Source: Eledone cirrhosa (taxonomy: Eukaryota). Taken from it: a stretch of DNA of 63,807 nucleotides. Within the stretch, counting starts at the first letter, position 1; each line of letters opens with the position of its first letter. The stretch spans positions 7,068,001 to 7,131,807 of the forward strand of contig OZ024744.1 of the NCBI GenBank assembly GCA_964016885.1, read 5' to 3'. Positions 1 to 13,100 of the stretch are shown piece after piece. The position numbers and the translations under genes were made by a program. The notes beneath the pieces were generated by a model, which worked only from the letters and a program-made list of their open reading frames with translations, searched no databases and was not told the origin of the DNA.

Positions 1-1969
1 TATAAAAAAGCATTCGATAGTTTGCCACACAGTTGGATTGAAAAATGTTTAGAGATTTTCAAAATATCCTCCGTTGTCAGGAGGTTTTTATCATTCAGTA
101 TGAAGACATGGAAAACGACACTCCTTTTGAATAGTGAAACAAAATCACTGGAAGCTGGAGAAGTTAATATTAATTGTGGAATTTTTCAGGGTGACTCTTT
201 ATCACCGCTTTTATTCTGCATCGCAATTATACCATTAAGTAAAATGCTCAATGAAACAAAACATGGATATAAAGTCTATGACAAAACCATGAATCACTTG
301 TTCTACATGGATGACCTGAAACTTTTGCAAAAAATGATGAACAATTGCAAGGGCTATTATCCACTGTGGAACAGTTCAGTGATGACATTAAAATGGAGTT
401 TGGACTAGATAAATGCGCCAAAGCAACGTTCACCAGAGGAAAGCTGCTGAAGAGTTCAGACATTAATCTTGATCGGGGGAACGTGATAAGAGAACTTGAT
501 CAAGAAAAAACTTACAAATATCTAGGTGTTTGTGAAGGAGACGGAATCAAGCACTCGACAATGAGGGAAAGGATAAGGAAGGAATGTTACCGCAGAGTCA
601 GAGCAATCTTAAGAACGGAATTGAATGCAAGGAATAGGATCGATGCCATAAACACGCTTGCCATACCAGTAGTAACCTACAGTTACAATGTCATCAACTG
701 GTCAAGCACAGAGATCCGTAAACTCGATACAAAAATTCGAAAATTCTTAACCATGCACAGAATGCATCACCCTAAGGCAGATACAGATAGAATATATCTC
801 CCTAGGAAAGAAGGAGGACGTGGGTTAATCCAGTTAGACATTGCGTTGAAAACTGCAACAATTGGATTATCTACATATCTAAGGGAATCACATGATTGGA
901 TGATCATACTCGTTTTGAAACACGAAAGCATCAAAAGATCATATTCCATTACAAAAGATGCACAAAAATACAGTAATGGACTACAAATTTCAGAAGTCCC
1001 ATTTACTGCTGAAATGGAAAACACAGAAAAAGCAAAGCAGGTAAAAGTAACTGCAAAGAAAGAACTGCTACACAAACTGGGTAAGAAATGGCAAGAAAAG
1101 CCTCTGTATGGAAAATACCCAGAACGAGCTAACAATCCTGATGTTGACAAAACTTTAACCCATCAGTGGTTGGCATCCTCTGGACTGAAATCGGAGACTG
1201 AAGGACTGATTATATCAGCACAAGATCAGTGTCTGCCAACAAAAAGTTACCAAGCCAACATAATAAAAAATGGATGCAGCCAGAGACCATTGACCATATA
1301 ATTTCAATGTGCAGTCCTATAGCTCCAACCGAATACCTAAACAGGCATGACAGAGCTGCACAATACATACATTGGATAATGTGTAAGCATTTTGACCTGC
1401 CCCATCAAAAGAATTGGTGGGAGCATCAACCAGCTCCCATACTTGAAAAAGATCACATCTCAATCTTGTGGAACTTTAGCATCCAAACAGACCGAAAAAT
1501 AGATGCAAATAGACCTGATATAATATTGAAGGACTTTAAAAAGAGGGTATGCCTGCTAATTGATATGTCCGTTCCAATAGACAAGAATGTATCTATAAAA
1601 ACATTTGAAAAATTGAGCAAGTATAAGGACCTGGAGATAGAAATTGGAAAAATGTGGAAATTGAGAACTAAAACAATACCAGTGGTTGTAGGCGCTCTGG
1701 GAATGATACCTAAGGGGTCTAATGATTACTTATCGCAAATCCCAGGAAATCCGCGTATAGGGGCAATACAAAAGATAGTACTAATGGGAACTGCCCATAT
1801 ACTAAGGAAGATTCTGTCAATATAAGTACATCACAAGTCTAAACACTAAAGATGCATGTGTGAGTATGTATGTTCTTTCTTCAACAAGGCGGACCTTGTT
1901 GTCTCTTGAGGTCACTGGTTGTGACTTGGTGATAACTCGTATGAACATAAAGCAAGATAAATGCAACCG
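1..1969 (+). mobile_element. R4/Dong-type non-LTR retrotransposon, family A, frameshifted; runs off the window at the 5' end
   Basis: Three overlapping ORF pieces (22-408, 345-1301, 1229-1825) with RT motifs GIFQGDSLSP and YMDD, GGRGL, RHD, and REL motif RPDIIL..D..K.SKY.DL; short 3'UTR ends in (TAA)n. Confidence 0.9.
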
Positions 1970-1993
1970 TAATAATAATAATAATAATAATAA
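1970..1993 (+). repeat. (TAA)8 microsatellite, target/tail
   Basis: Direct reading. Confidence 0.95.
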
Positions 1994-4172
1994 TTAAAAA
2001 CATAACATCCCTCCACCCGAAACTGACAACCATGTTCAATGACTGCTTGATATCAGGTGAGGTACCAGAGGGGTTGACAAAAGGTACCACAGTTCTGGTA
2101 ATGAAAGACCGAATCAAGGGTAATGATGTTACCAACTATAGACATATCACATGTCTGTCCGTAATGTGGAAACTGTTGACGAGCATTGTGTCTGAGGAAA
2201 TCTACCATCACCTCCACACAAACAACTTGTTACCGGACGAACAGAAAGGATGCCGAAAGAAGTCCCGTGGTACAAAGGACCAGTTACTTATTGATAAGAT
2301 GGTAATGAGGATTTGCAAGAGGAGACACACTGGTCTTGCCATGGGATGGATAGACTACAAAAAAGCATTTGACATGGTGCCTCATTCTTGGATCACCAAA
2401 AGCCTGGAGATCTTCAGGGTGGCAGATAACATCAGACAGTTGTTGGGCAAAAGTATGAAGTCCTGGCAAACAGAGTTAACATCAACTGGAGAATCCTTGG
2501 AAAGCGTGAAGATCAAGAGAGGTATCTTCCAGGGAGATAGTCTGTCCCCTCTGTTGTTTGTCCTTGCCCTGATGCCCCTGACCAGTGTACTGCGAAAAGT
2601 GAGAGCAGGATACAGATTGGGAAAGGGAGGGCATACCATCAATCACCTCCACTTCATGGACGATCTTAAGCTCTTCGGGAAGAGTGAGAAGGAATTGGAT
2701 GTGCTTGTTGACACTGTCCGTATTTTCAGCAATGATATATGTATGCAATTTGGTATTAGTAAGTGTGGAGTCATTGTGATGAGGAGGGGTAAGTTGAGCA
2801 GAAGTAACGGAATCCAAGTACCAACAGGTGAGATGATAAAGGAAATTGACTCTGAGGAAGGATACAAGTATTTGGTCGTTCTGGAGGCTGATGACATCAA
2901 GAACAAAAAAATGAAGGAATTGATAAGAACTGAATACCTTCGGAGAGTAAGGAGCGTATGAAAGTCACATCTGAACTGTAGGAATGCCATAAGTGCAGTA
3001 AATTCCCGAGCTGTGTCTATTATTAGGTACAGTGCGGGAATTCTGAGATGGAATGTTGCTGAACAAAAAGAAATGGATAGGAAGACTAGGAATCTATTGA
3101 CTATCTACAATATGTTACATAAGAGGAGTGATGTCGATAGACTCTACTTAAGGAGATCTGAAGGTGGAAGAGGTCTTATCAGCATAGAGGACTGTGTTCA
3201 GATGGAGAAAAACAACCTACACAAATAGGTGACTGATAGTAAGGAGCCAATGCTCAGAACTGTACTGAAGGAGAGGACAATAGACCAGGGGATGTCCAAG
3301 GAGGAAATAACATCAAGGAGAAAGAGCAGCCTTCAGGAAAAGTCCCTTCATAGTACCTTCTTTGAGAAAACTGAATTTAGAGATCCACAGAAATGGAACT
3401 GGTTGAAAAGAGGAGACATAAAAAAGGCTACAGAAGGAATGTTAATGGCTGCGCAGGAGCAGGCCCTCAAAACGAAGTGGTTGAAGCACCACATATACAA
3501 GGTGGAGGCTAGCGCATTGTGCAGTATCTGTGGAGAGAGAGAGGAGACTGTGGCTCACATTGTATCCGAGTGTAAACACCTAGCCCAGACTCACTATAAA
3601 GGCTGGAGACATGATGTGATGGGCAGGGTGATCCACTGGCACCTATGCAAAGTAAACAATTTACCACATTCTGAGAAGTGGTATGAGCATAAGCCAGAGG
3701 CGGTGATAGAAAACGATCAGGTGAAGGTGCTGTGGGATTTTAGGATACAGACGGACAAGAAACTGGAACACAATAGACCTGACCTGGTGGTTTTGAACAA
3801 AGAAAAAAGATCGTGCCTGATTGTGGATGTGGCCTGCCCATTCGACACGAGAGTGCAAGAGAAGTCAGAGGGAGAAAATTAACCGATACCAGGACTTAAA
3901 GTGGGAGGTAAAAAGGATTTGGAACTGCCATGAAGTCAAAGTGGTCCCGATTGTTATAGGCGCACTAGGGACTATCTGAAAAACTTTCCAGGGATGGTTA
4001 AGGAAAATTGGCCCCTTCACGCTTTTTGGAACATTTCAAAAGGCATGCTTGCTGGGAACAGCAAGAACCCTCCGATACGTCCTGAATATCTGAGGCTACA
4101 GGTAGTGGCTTGATATTCATTTCAACAAACTTTCCAGTTAACTAACATCAATGACTGAGACTCAAAAAATAC
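1994..4172 (+). mobile_element. R4/Dong-type family B, 5'-truncated defective copy
   Basis: Colinear with 12530-14701; ORF pieces 2032-2961, 3013-3228, 3229-3882 with stops and a frameshift. Confidence 0.93.

Positions 4173-4233
<61 letters not shown>
4173..4233 (+). repeat. (TAA)~20 microsatellite
   Basis: Direct reading. Confidence 0.95.
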
Positions 4234-4234
<1 letters not shown>

Positions 4235-4461
4235 TTTTCTTTATTAACCACAAGGGTTCACATAAAGTAGACATTAAGGACAGTACAGGACAATACAGGA
4301 CGGTACAAATGGGCATTTCTGCGTGTAAAAAAACAGAGGTTGAAATAAAATAACAAAGAAAAATTCCCCAATAGGGGGGAGACTTCCAAGGGACATTTGT
4401 GGAGAAAGCCCATTAAAAGACCAACAGGGCAAGTGCCCTCTCCCAGTTTTCCACCTTTAAT

Positions 4462-7400
4462 TTACAGACACATACTCAGAGAAGGCCCATTCATTCGGGC
4501 CATACTTGCTTCTCTCACCCATCTTTCAACAAAATGCTGGGAAGAGAGCACTTCCCTCTCTACCCTTATTTTCCTTTTCAAATGAAATTTGAAAAAGTTA
4601 ATCAGGGCATCACCGAAGAGGTAAGTGTTCGTCATCAGCCCTTTCAAACGTGTCCACCATACTATCTCTTTCGCCATGGCCACCAGACAGGTAAAAACTG
4701 CCTGCCCTTCCAGGCTAAAGGAAGGGGGCGGGGCAATCCTCACGATGGACTCAGCTGATAGCTGGATCCGTCCTACACGTGACAGCAGGTGTTCGACATA
4801 AACCCACAAGTCAGCAATGCTCGGACACTGGACGAGTGCGTGCAGGACGGTTTCGTCGCCCTGCGCGCATCTCGGACATGCCCGGCTGACGGCACCTCCA
4901 TGCCTGTAGAGTTTATACCGAACTGGCAAAGCTCCTCGGTAGCACTGCCAGGGATTTCTGGAAGTTGTCCATAGGCCCCGGCCCGAAAGTCCTTCCGAAG
5001 AGATTGGCTAGTTGATTTTCGTCGACGCCTAGAGTTTCTCCAAGTAGGTCGTCGCTCTTCCCCTCCACTAATCCCCTATAGAACGCCAAAGTGGAGTTTC
5101 CACCGATCACATTGCCCGATTGGTCGAGGGCTGTGAGCGCCTGAAGACATTCCAGTCTCCAAGCGCTCCCTCTCGGTCTTCGCTTGACCCAGGACTGCAG
5201 CTCCGTCAAGGAGACGAGCTGGGGAAAAACGTGTCTTGCAAACGGCGATCACACTTGATCACCGTCGAGGAAGAGGTGGAGATGTCGTAGCCTGAGCGCG
5301 TGTCTGCGCATCATCAGCCACGGCATGCCCAGCTCCCCACGTAGCGGGTGTTGACAGCAGATGGACCGCCTGACCATCGGAGCGCGTCCCTTCCACATGA
5401 AGCGAAAGAGCAAACGCTCCAGCGCAGTCAGGCGGGGCTTAGGACAAGGTACGACGGTCAGGCGGTAGTAGATGACGGATGCGATGTACGCATTCGCCAC
5501 CTCCGTTCGACCTTTCAGGGATAGCTTCCTCTCGGCCCATTTCTGGGTGAGAGAAGCCACCCTGCTCGTCACCTCGTCCCAGTTTTTGTCCGTCTGGAGG
5601 TCTGGACCGAACCAGACCCCTAGCAATTTAACCGGTCCGTCCGTCCAGCGCCCGACGACGCTGTTGGACGGCATGGACCTGCCTCTCCAGGTGCCGAGCT
5701 GCAGGCCCACTGACTTTTCCTGGTTGATCATTGCTCCTGTCACCGCTTCGTATTCTCTTAGTGTAGTGCCGATCGCCTCGATGTGTTTGGCGTTCGACAC
5801 CACTACGGTGACATCGTCGGCATATGCTGACACGGATCTTCCGCATCCTAGTTCGCGCGGGACCCCCCTCAACGTCTCCAGTTTGTTCAGTAATGGCTCG
5901 AGAGTCTATACGTACAATAGGGACGAGAGGGGACATCCTTGGCGGACCGAGCGCATGATGTTGAACGGTTCCGAAAGGTGACCGTTCACTCTCACTACAG
6001 AGCAGATGTCGCTGTGCATGGCAGCGATCCAGCCTCTGAAGACGGGCCCAAAGCCAGCCGCCCTCAGGACTGCCGCTAGGTAACGATGGTCGACCCTATC
6101 GAAGGCTTTCGACTGATCTAAATTGATCAAAGACCCACCCGTGCCAGGTTCCCTAGCTACCCTCTCTACGATGTATCGCATGAGGTGGAGGTTGTCGTGG
6201 ATGGATCTGTCGGGAATGGCGCATGTCTGTGCCTCTCCCACCAGACCACCAACGACAAGCGCCAACCTCTTTGCTAGCACCTTGGCCAAAATCTTGAACT
6301 CTGTGTGTAGCAGAGTTATGGGCCTGAAATTATCTATGTTATCCCCCTTGTTCGGATCCTTTCTCAGAAGCGGCACACAGAGCTGGGAATTCTCCCGTTC
6401 TGTTGCCAGTTGCAGTAGACGTCCGCCAAGAGGCCTCCGAACAAGTTTGGCATTTGTACGTAAAGTTCATAGGGCAGACCATCCAAACCAGGCGATTTAC
6501 CCCTTGTGCAACTAGTCATTGCATCCCGTACTTCAGCGGTTGTTATCGGCTTTTCGCAACACTCCGCCTCAGTGGCCGAAAGCCGCGGCAGTCCGTCGAG
6601 GTAGGCACTAAGGTCCATCCCTCGATCCGGCCCGCCACTACCCCCGAACAGTTGAGCGAAGTGTCGCTGAAAAGCTTCACACATTTGCCCGGGATTGAGT
6701 AGCATGCGCCCGTCGTGGTCCACCAAAGACCGGATCGTGGCTTTGTTGCCACGACGCGCCTCCGCCACTCGGGCCCATTGAACGGCTTTCGTCCCCTCGT
6801 GTCTGAGAGCACGCACCCTAGCTCTGACAACGCAGCCTTCGTGCTTTGCATTGAAGAATTGGTCAAGGGCCAATTTCGCCGCAAGTACGTCGGTCGCGAT
6901 GCCTTTGCTAAGCGCCTCATCTAATTTTCTAACTAATTCTCCCTCTGCTCTATTTTTCTCTATTGCTAAAGTCTTACTAAATCTAATGGACTCTATTCTA
7001 ATTGCTCTTTTCAGAGCAAACCACCACTTGTTGTTGACGATGGCCCCCGTCAACGCCCGCTTAACTAGTTCGCTAATCCGGTCTCTGTAGGCCTTGCGCG
7101 CTGGTTAGAACGCGTTTAGCTTCCAGTAGCCGGGTCCTCGTCTATGAAGCCTATCTAAGTCAAGCACACAGATCACGAATTTGTGGTCCGTGTAGCTGAT
7201 TATCTTGAATTGTGGACAGCCTATGCTAGACCTATCTATTTCCCTACAAAATGCTCTATCTAGATATGATCTGGATGACCCTATGCGATTTGTCCAAGTC
7301 CACATTGGTACATTCGGGAAATCCATTCGGTACCTGTCAGACAGTTCAAAACGTCTGAGCAGGTTGGTGAGACTCTTGCACCCTCCTTCCCTATCCACTA

Positions 7401-7863
7401 ATCCCACACAATCCCAGCGTGCATCTAAGATCCCGTTCCAGTCGCCCACTAACACTAACGAGCGGGACGTTCCAAGAAAGGTCTCCAGACGCCGGAAGAA
7501 ATCAGGCCGCCCTGCTCCTGTCGGGGAATAGACGGCCACTAACCTGAAAGCTTGCCCGTCTCCGCTGGTCACGTCCAGCACCACCAACTTACCTTCTGGG
7601 TCCAGGAAGATGGCCCGTATGGCAAGATCCAAACCTCTCCGAAAAAGCACAGCAACTACTCCCCCCGATCCCGGACGGCTGGGAGATGCGTACACATCGT
7701 AGCCGCCGAAGATCGGTGCGAAAGCCTGTGCTTCGGAGATACTGGTCTCGATGATGGCCACTACATCTATGTTTAGTGACCTGAGGTCGTTGAGCGGGTG
7801 GCCCTGCTTCCATGACGACCCCAAGCCACGCGCATTTATGCTGCCTATTCTGAGTGAGGTCAT
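4462..7863 (-). pseudogene. ORF2: apurinic-like endonuclease + reverse transcriptase + C-terminal zinc knuckle (stops/frameshifts)
   Basis: SINARGL, VGDWN, SYLDR, YTDH (APE); GPGYWKLN, KSPGLDG, NFRPITLL, DQSKAFDRV, QGCPLS, YADD (RT); CPRC..ETVLHALVQC. Confidence 0.9.
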
Positions 7864-7897
7864 GTTGAAAAGGAGTGGAAAAGATGGGAAAGACCAC

Positions 7898-9889
7898 TTA
7901 CCTTACTTCTCGTAGGGGAAGGACGGCTTTTCCATCCTTTTCACTGCTTGTGGCCTCCTCAGGAAGGATGTCCTTATAAATCCTCCTGGAGAGTGCTTGT
8001 CGGAAGTCTCCGATGTCTTTGGGGAATTTTTGTTTTAGTGTCATGTACGTTTTCTGTGTGATGCGAGTGATTTGTATGTGTGGAGGTGGTGTGAATTTTG
8101 GGGTTGTTGTGTAGTCTTTTTCTGTGATGCTGGTGTTGTGTTGGATGTAGTGTAATAATTGCTTGTTGTTCAAATTTTATGCTGTGTAGTGTGTATCGTT
8201 TTGGTTGTTTTGTTTTGTTTGCGTTTGTTGTGGGTTTGTTTCTGTTTCGCATTTTGGTGACTTTTGTGGTGTAGGTGATGGTGGTGCTGGGGATAATGAT
8301 GGTGATGGTGTTGGTGTTTGGGTTGATGGGGTTGGTGATGCTGGTGTGGATGGTGGCATATCTGTCCTAACTTTTTTGTTTCTTAGTTTATTTGTTTCCC
8401 TCTGTATTTTGTTTTTGGAGGGAGAAGGAAGAGAATTTTTTCTTTTTTGGTTTCTTTTTTTTTCCGGATATCGTTTCCCACTCCTCGTCGTCACAATCTG
8501 TCTCCAGTTGTGATAGGCCGGGGAGTGGAAAATCCTCCACAGCCGTTAGTTTTGGTTGTGGTGTGGTGGATGGTGTAGGCGCTGGTGCTAGTTCTGAAGC
8601 GTTGCGTGGTGGTGGTGTTGGTTTTGCTGGTGGTGGTAGTGGTGTTGGTTTTGCTACTGTTGCTGGGGTTGTTGCTGTTATAGTTGCTTCTGTTGTTGCT
8701 GCTACAGTTGTTGCTGCCATCTCTGCTACTGGTGGTGTTGATGGTTGTGTCACTGGGGTGGGTAGGAGAGGTGGCCTCAACCTTTTAGCCTGAGGGCAGA
8801 AAGCCCTTAGGTGGGTTCCTTCACCACAAACGACACACCTAGGTCTTCTGCCCTCGACAATTACCGTGAGGTGGCTGCCGTCAGTGAGGTCTATTACCTC
8901 TGGGATCTCCTCAATGCTTTTTTGGTCCGCTTGGATCAGGAGCTCCATCCCAGATCCGGACCAGTTTTCCTGCTTTTCTTTTGCTACTGCTATTATTTTC
9001 GTGTTGGCTTCGATGCCGGCGAGGACAGCCGCTATTAGCCAGGGAATTTCGATGGCCGGTGGAACGTGGGTCACCCTGATCTTTACGAGTCTCTGGCCAC
9101 AATAGCTTGGGACGAGTGTGAAGTCGTCACTTTTTAATGGGGCCATGGAGTGTTCTCTAGCCTCCTCTGGTGTTTCAAAGAACACGTCCACGGTTCCATA
9201 CTTTTGCCCACGTCTGATGTGGGATTTTCTTGCCCACACATGTCCCAAAGCTTTTTGGATTTGGGACTCGGATGCCCGTTCCACTCGGCGCGATTTTACA
9301 TTTATTGTTCTATACGACACGGTGCATAGGCGCCGATGCTCCATTTTATTAGGTGGGGGGGGGGTGAGGCTAACCCTGTATCCATCTTTCTTTACCATTT
9401 GTTTGGCATTTTCTAAATCTTCCTGAGTTACGGTAAATGCTTCGAATTGTTTTGCTACTCTGGCGAAACTGCGGGGGGGGGGGTTATAATGTCATTGTTG
9501 TTGTTGTTGCTATCGTTAATATTAATTTTAGTTTCAGTTGTGGTGGTGGTGACGTCAGTCGTCTTTGGTGGGGAAGAGTCCATTTTGCTTGATTTCATTT
9601 CGACATCACGAGTTAATTTATTTTTTTCTTCTTTTGTTTCTGTTGTCGCGGTGGTGGTGGTGGTGGTGGTGGTTGTCTCGGTGGTGGTGGTGGTGGAGGC
9701 TTTAACACCTGCAGTCATTGGTAATGGCGGGAAATGAATGTCTGCCTGAGACAAATTTAAAATATTGCTACTGCTTATATTTTTTTTTGTGTTGGCAAAC
9801 GTAGTAACATTTACAATGGTGGTGTCGGTGTGAGGTGTTATTTTGTGAGGAAGGCTTTCAGCTGCTTCGTGCAGAGGTGAAGTAGCCAT
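7898..9889 (-). pseudogene. ORF1 gag-like RNA-binding protein with CCHC knuckle, broken by frameshifts/stop
   Basis: Pieces 9455-9889, 8388-9398 (CVVCGEGTHLRAFC), 8177-8494 and 7898-8173 (last two in the same frame); Pro/Thr-rich linkers; ends 35 nt before the ORF2 ATG. Confidence 0.75.
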
Positions 9890-10097
9890 TTTTTTTCAAA
9901 GAAATTTTTTGATAATAATAAAAGTTAAAATTATGGGCACAAGGCCTCAATCTTTTTAGGTGTCCTTTTCGGAAAACAATGCATGTGTGCTTATAAACAG
10001 TTAACAATAAAATTTTCCATAAATGGCAATTTTTAACAAACGGAAATAACAAACCTTTGCGGAGCTCACGATGATACGATTTACTACGTAGGTCGCC

Positions 10098-10150
<53 letters not shown>
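10098..10150 (+). repeat. (TAA)~17 microsatellite between head-to-head elements
   Basis: Direct reading. Confidence 0.95.
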
Positions 10151-10151
<1 letters not shown>

Positions 10152-13100
10152 GGGAAGAAGACGCACGAGGTGACGGAGGTCATGAAATCGCTCCCGTAAG
10201 TTTTGAATTTTTAACATATTTAAATCATTTGTGAAATAACAACTCTTAGTACAAATGCTACGTAAAGCACCCGGCTTGAGCCCCAAAAAATTCGGACCCA
10301 AAATATATTGGTATAAGGCTCAAATATTCAAATATTCAACTTTGTATTGTACACTGTATATCCCCCCCCCAAAAAAAAATGGCTATAAATGGAAGAAGAA
10401 GAACCCCCCCCCCCTCCTCTCCTCTGGCTACACTATATAGGACAGCTAAACTCACCAACACCAGAAACTAGATACACCACCCACCCCATCATCTGTGTAC
10501 ACTAAACAACAGCATTTTCACCTTCACCGCCACCGCTCACTACGGCCATCATTACCACCACTATCCCATCACCGCCGCCACCACCCCTTGACTCCTTCAC
10601 TGCTGCTGCCACCGCTACAGCACCATCACTACAGTAATACGGTCGCATCACCGCCACCACTGCCTCGGTATCGACATCACCACCACCACTGTCTCAGTAT
10701 CGCCAGCGCCGCCAGCCTCCCACTTCTCCGTGCTGGCTGCTACTACTTCCACATTATAGAATCCCTACTACTAACAAAGAGGAAGGCATCAAAATATATA
10801 GATAGACTCAAAAGAAAAAAGAAAAAACAAACAACAAAACCAAAGCAGCACAGCAACAACAGCAAAAAACGAGAAAAACAAACAGAGAAAAACAAAAACA
10901 AAAAAAGAAACCCCCAAAACGTAAAGAAAATAAGAATGAAGAGAGAAGCAGGCGGACGGACAGAGAAGAGGGGGGAAAAAGTAAAACTTAAAAAACAAAA
11001 ACTAAGTCAGACATTCGAATACTACATTACAATGAAACTTATGCTTATTCATTTTTGGGGCCCTTTCTGCCCGTGTGTTTGTTTGTTTATGTGTGTTCGT
11101 ATACAGCGTGGTGATAATGCCACACAAGGGCCAAGTGGGATGGCGGATCCACAGATGGCTATGTAAACATACATTCGCCAATCCTCGATAAGAGTGTTTA
11201 AATATCGAACATAAACAGTTCGAATAACGGTGAAATGGAGACTAGAACGTCATGTGACAGACTCTCACCCAACAGGTTCCCCCTGGCTCAGCAGCAGGAA
11301 CCTGACTGTCAACCAAATACTGCTGATGTTGGAGGAAGAAGAAGAAGGAAAGGGGCCAGAACCAACTGGACGAAAGAATTGAATAGAACTGTTATGCAAT
11401 GCTACCTGAAAAGTAACCCCAAGGAGAGGGGCTACAGGAGACGGATGCATAACATCTGGAACGAGATTGGTTTATTTAAATTAGATGAACAAAAATTGGC
11501 CGGGCAGGCTCGGGTAATAAGAACTAATGGGTGGATAAGCGAGCTGGAACTGGAGGAACTGAGCAGAGAGAATGGCTTGGAGATGGCGGGTGTAGTATGC
11601 CAGACAAGCGAGCCGGTGGGAAATGAAGGTGAGGAGGTCCTGAGAACGGAGGAACCACCCGAAGCAGACAATGATCTGAATACTGAGATAAATAATACCT
11701 GGAACAAAGATACGGCCACTGAGGAGATGAATGCTGACGGGCTAGGACAAGATTCGGTTGACATCCTAAATCTAGTGGTAGATGAATTGAACAATGATAG
11801 TGGGAGACCTATGAACCTAAGATTTGTAGACAGGAAAAAGTTAAAAGAAACAACAGCTAAGGTAAACAAAGTCATCCCATACCTTGAGGCGAGGAGTCTT
11901 CACCAGTGCAACAATATCCTCAAAGCAACAGCAAATACGGTGAGGAAACTACTTGGTATAAAAGCGAGAGGAAACAACAGACAAGAAAGAGCAGAGCCGT
12001 GGTGGAAGAAGCGACTGAGTGGGCAAATCGGGGAAATGAGAAATGACATAGGAAAGCTTGAGTCACTACTGAATGGGACATTAAAAAACATAGGCACTAA
12101 AAATAGACTGGAAATAAAATACAAAACTAGGAGTAAAAAGCTAAATATTATCATAGAGGAATTGAAGCAACGCATTGTAGCAAAGAGTGCCAAAATCAGG
12201 CGATACGAGAACAGAGTCAGTCAGTATAAACAGAACCGCATGTTCGACAACAACCAGAAGATGCTGTTTGGACAGCTTGAGGGGAAAGAAAGAGGCAACG
12301 ACTTGATCCCTGGGGCGGAACAAGCTAAAACATTCTGGAGAGGAATATGGGAGCAGGATGTTAGACACAATGCCCAGGCAGGGTGGATTGAGACAGTACA
12401 GAGCGAGATCGGTGAGAAGGCACAACAACAGACTGATTTGAGTATCACAGTTGAAACTCTTAAGGGGCAAGCCAAAAAACTAACCAACTGGAAATCACCA
12501 GGCCCAGATGGTGTGCAGGGGTATTGGATTAAACATTTAACATCCCTCCACCCGAAGCTGACGGCCATGTTCAATGACTGCTTGGTGTCGGGTGAGGTGC
12601 CAGAGTGGTTGACAAAAGGTACCACAGTTCTGATAATGAAAGACCGAATCAAGGGTAATGATGTTACCAACTATAGACCTATCACATGTCTGCCCGTAAT
12701 GTGGAAACTGTTGACGAGCATTGTGTCTGAGGAAATCTACCATCACCTCCACACAAACAACTTGTTACCGGACGAACAGAAAGGATGCCGAAAGAAGTCC
12801 CGTGGTACAAAGGACCAGTTGCTTATTGATAAGATGGTAATGGGGAATTGCAGGAGGAGACACACTGATCTTGCCATGGGATGGATAGACTACAGAAAGG
12901 CATTTGACATGGTGCCTCATTCCTGGATCACCAAAAGCCTGGAGATCTTCAGGGTGGCAGATAACATCAGACAGTTGCTGGGCAGGAGTATGGGGTCCTG
13001 GGAGACAGAGTTGACATCAACTGGAGTATCCTTGGGAAGCGTGAAGATCAAGAGAGGTATCTTCCAGGGAGATAGCCTGTCCCCTCTGTTGTTTGTCCTT

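Larger units (their letters stand above)
4234..10097 (-). mobile_element. Full-length decayed Tx1/L1-clade LINE flanked by (TTA)n on both sides
   Basis: ORF1 + ORF2 (APE-RT-CCHC) layout; AATAAA just before the 3' junction; abuts microsatellite at both ends. Confidence 0.88.

Noticed and set aside
10495-11166. 223-aa His/Pro/Lys-rich ORF as an ORF1 of the R4 element
   Set aside because: Non-ATG start, low-complexity sequence; R4-type elements are single-ORF
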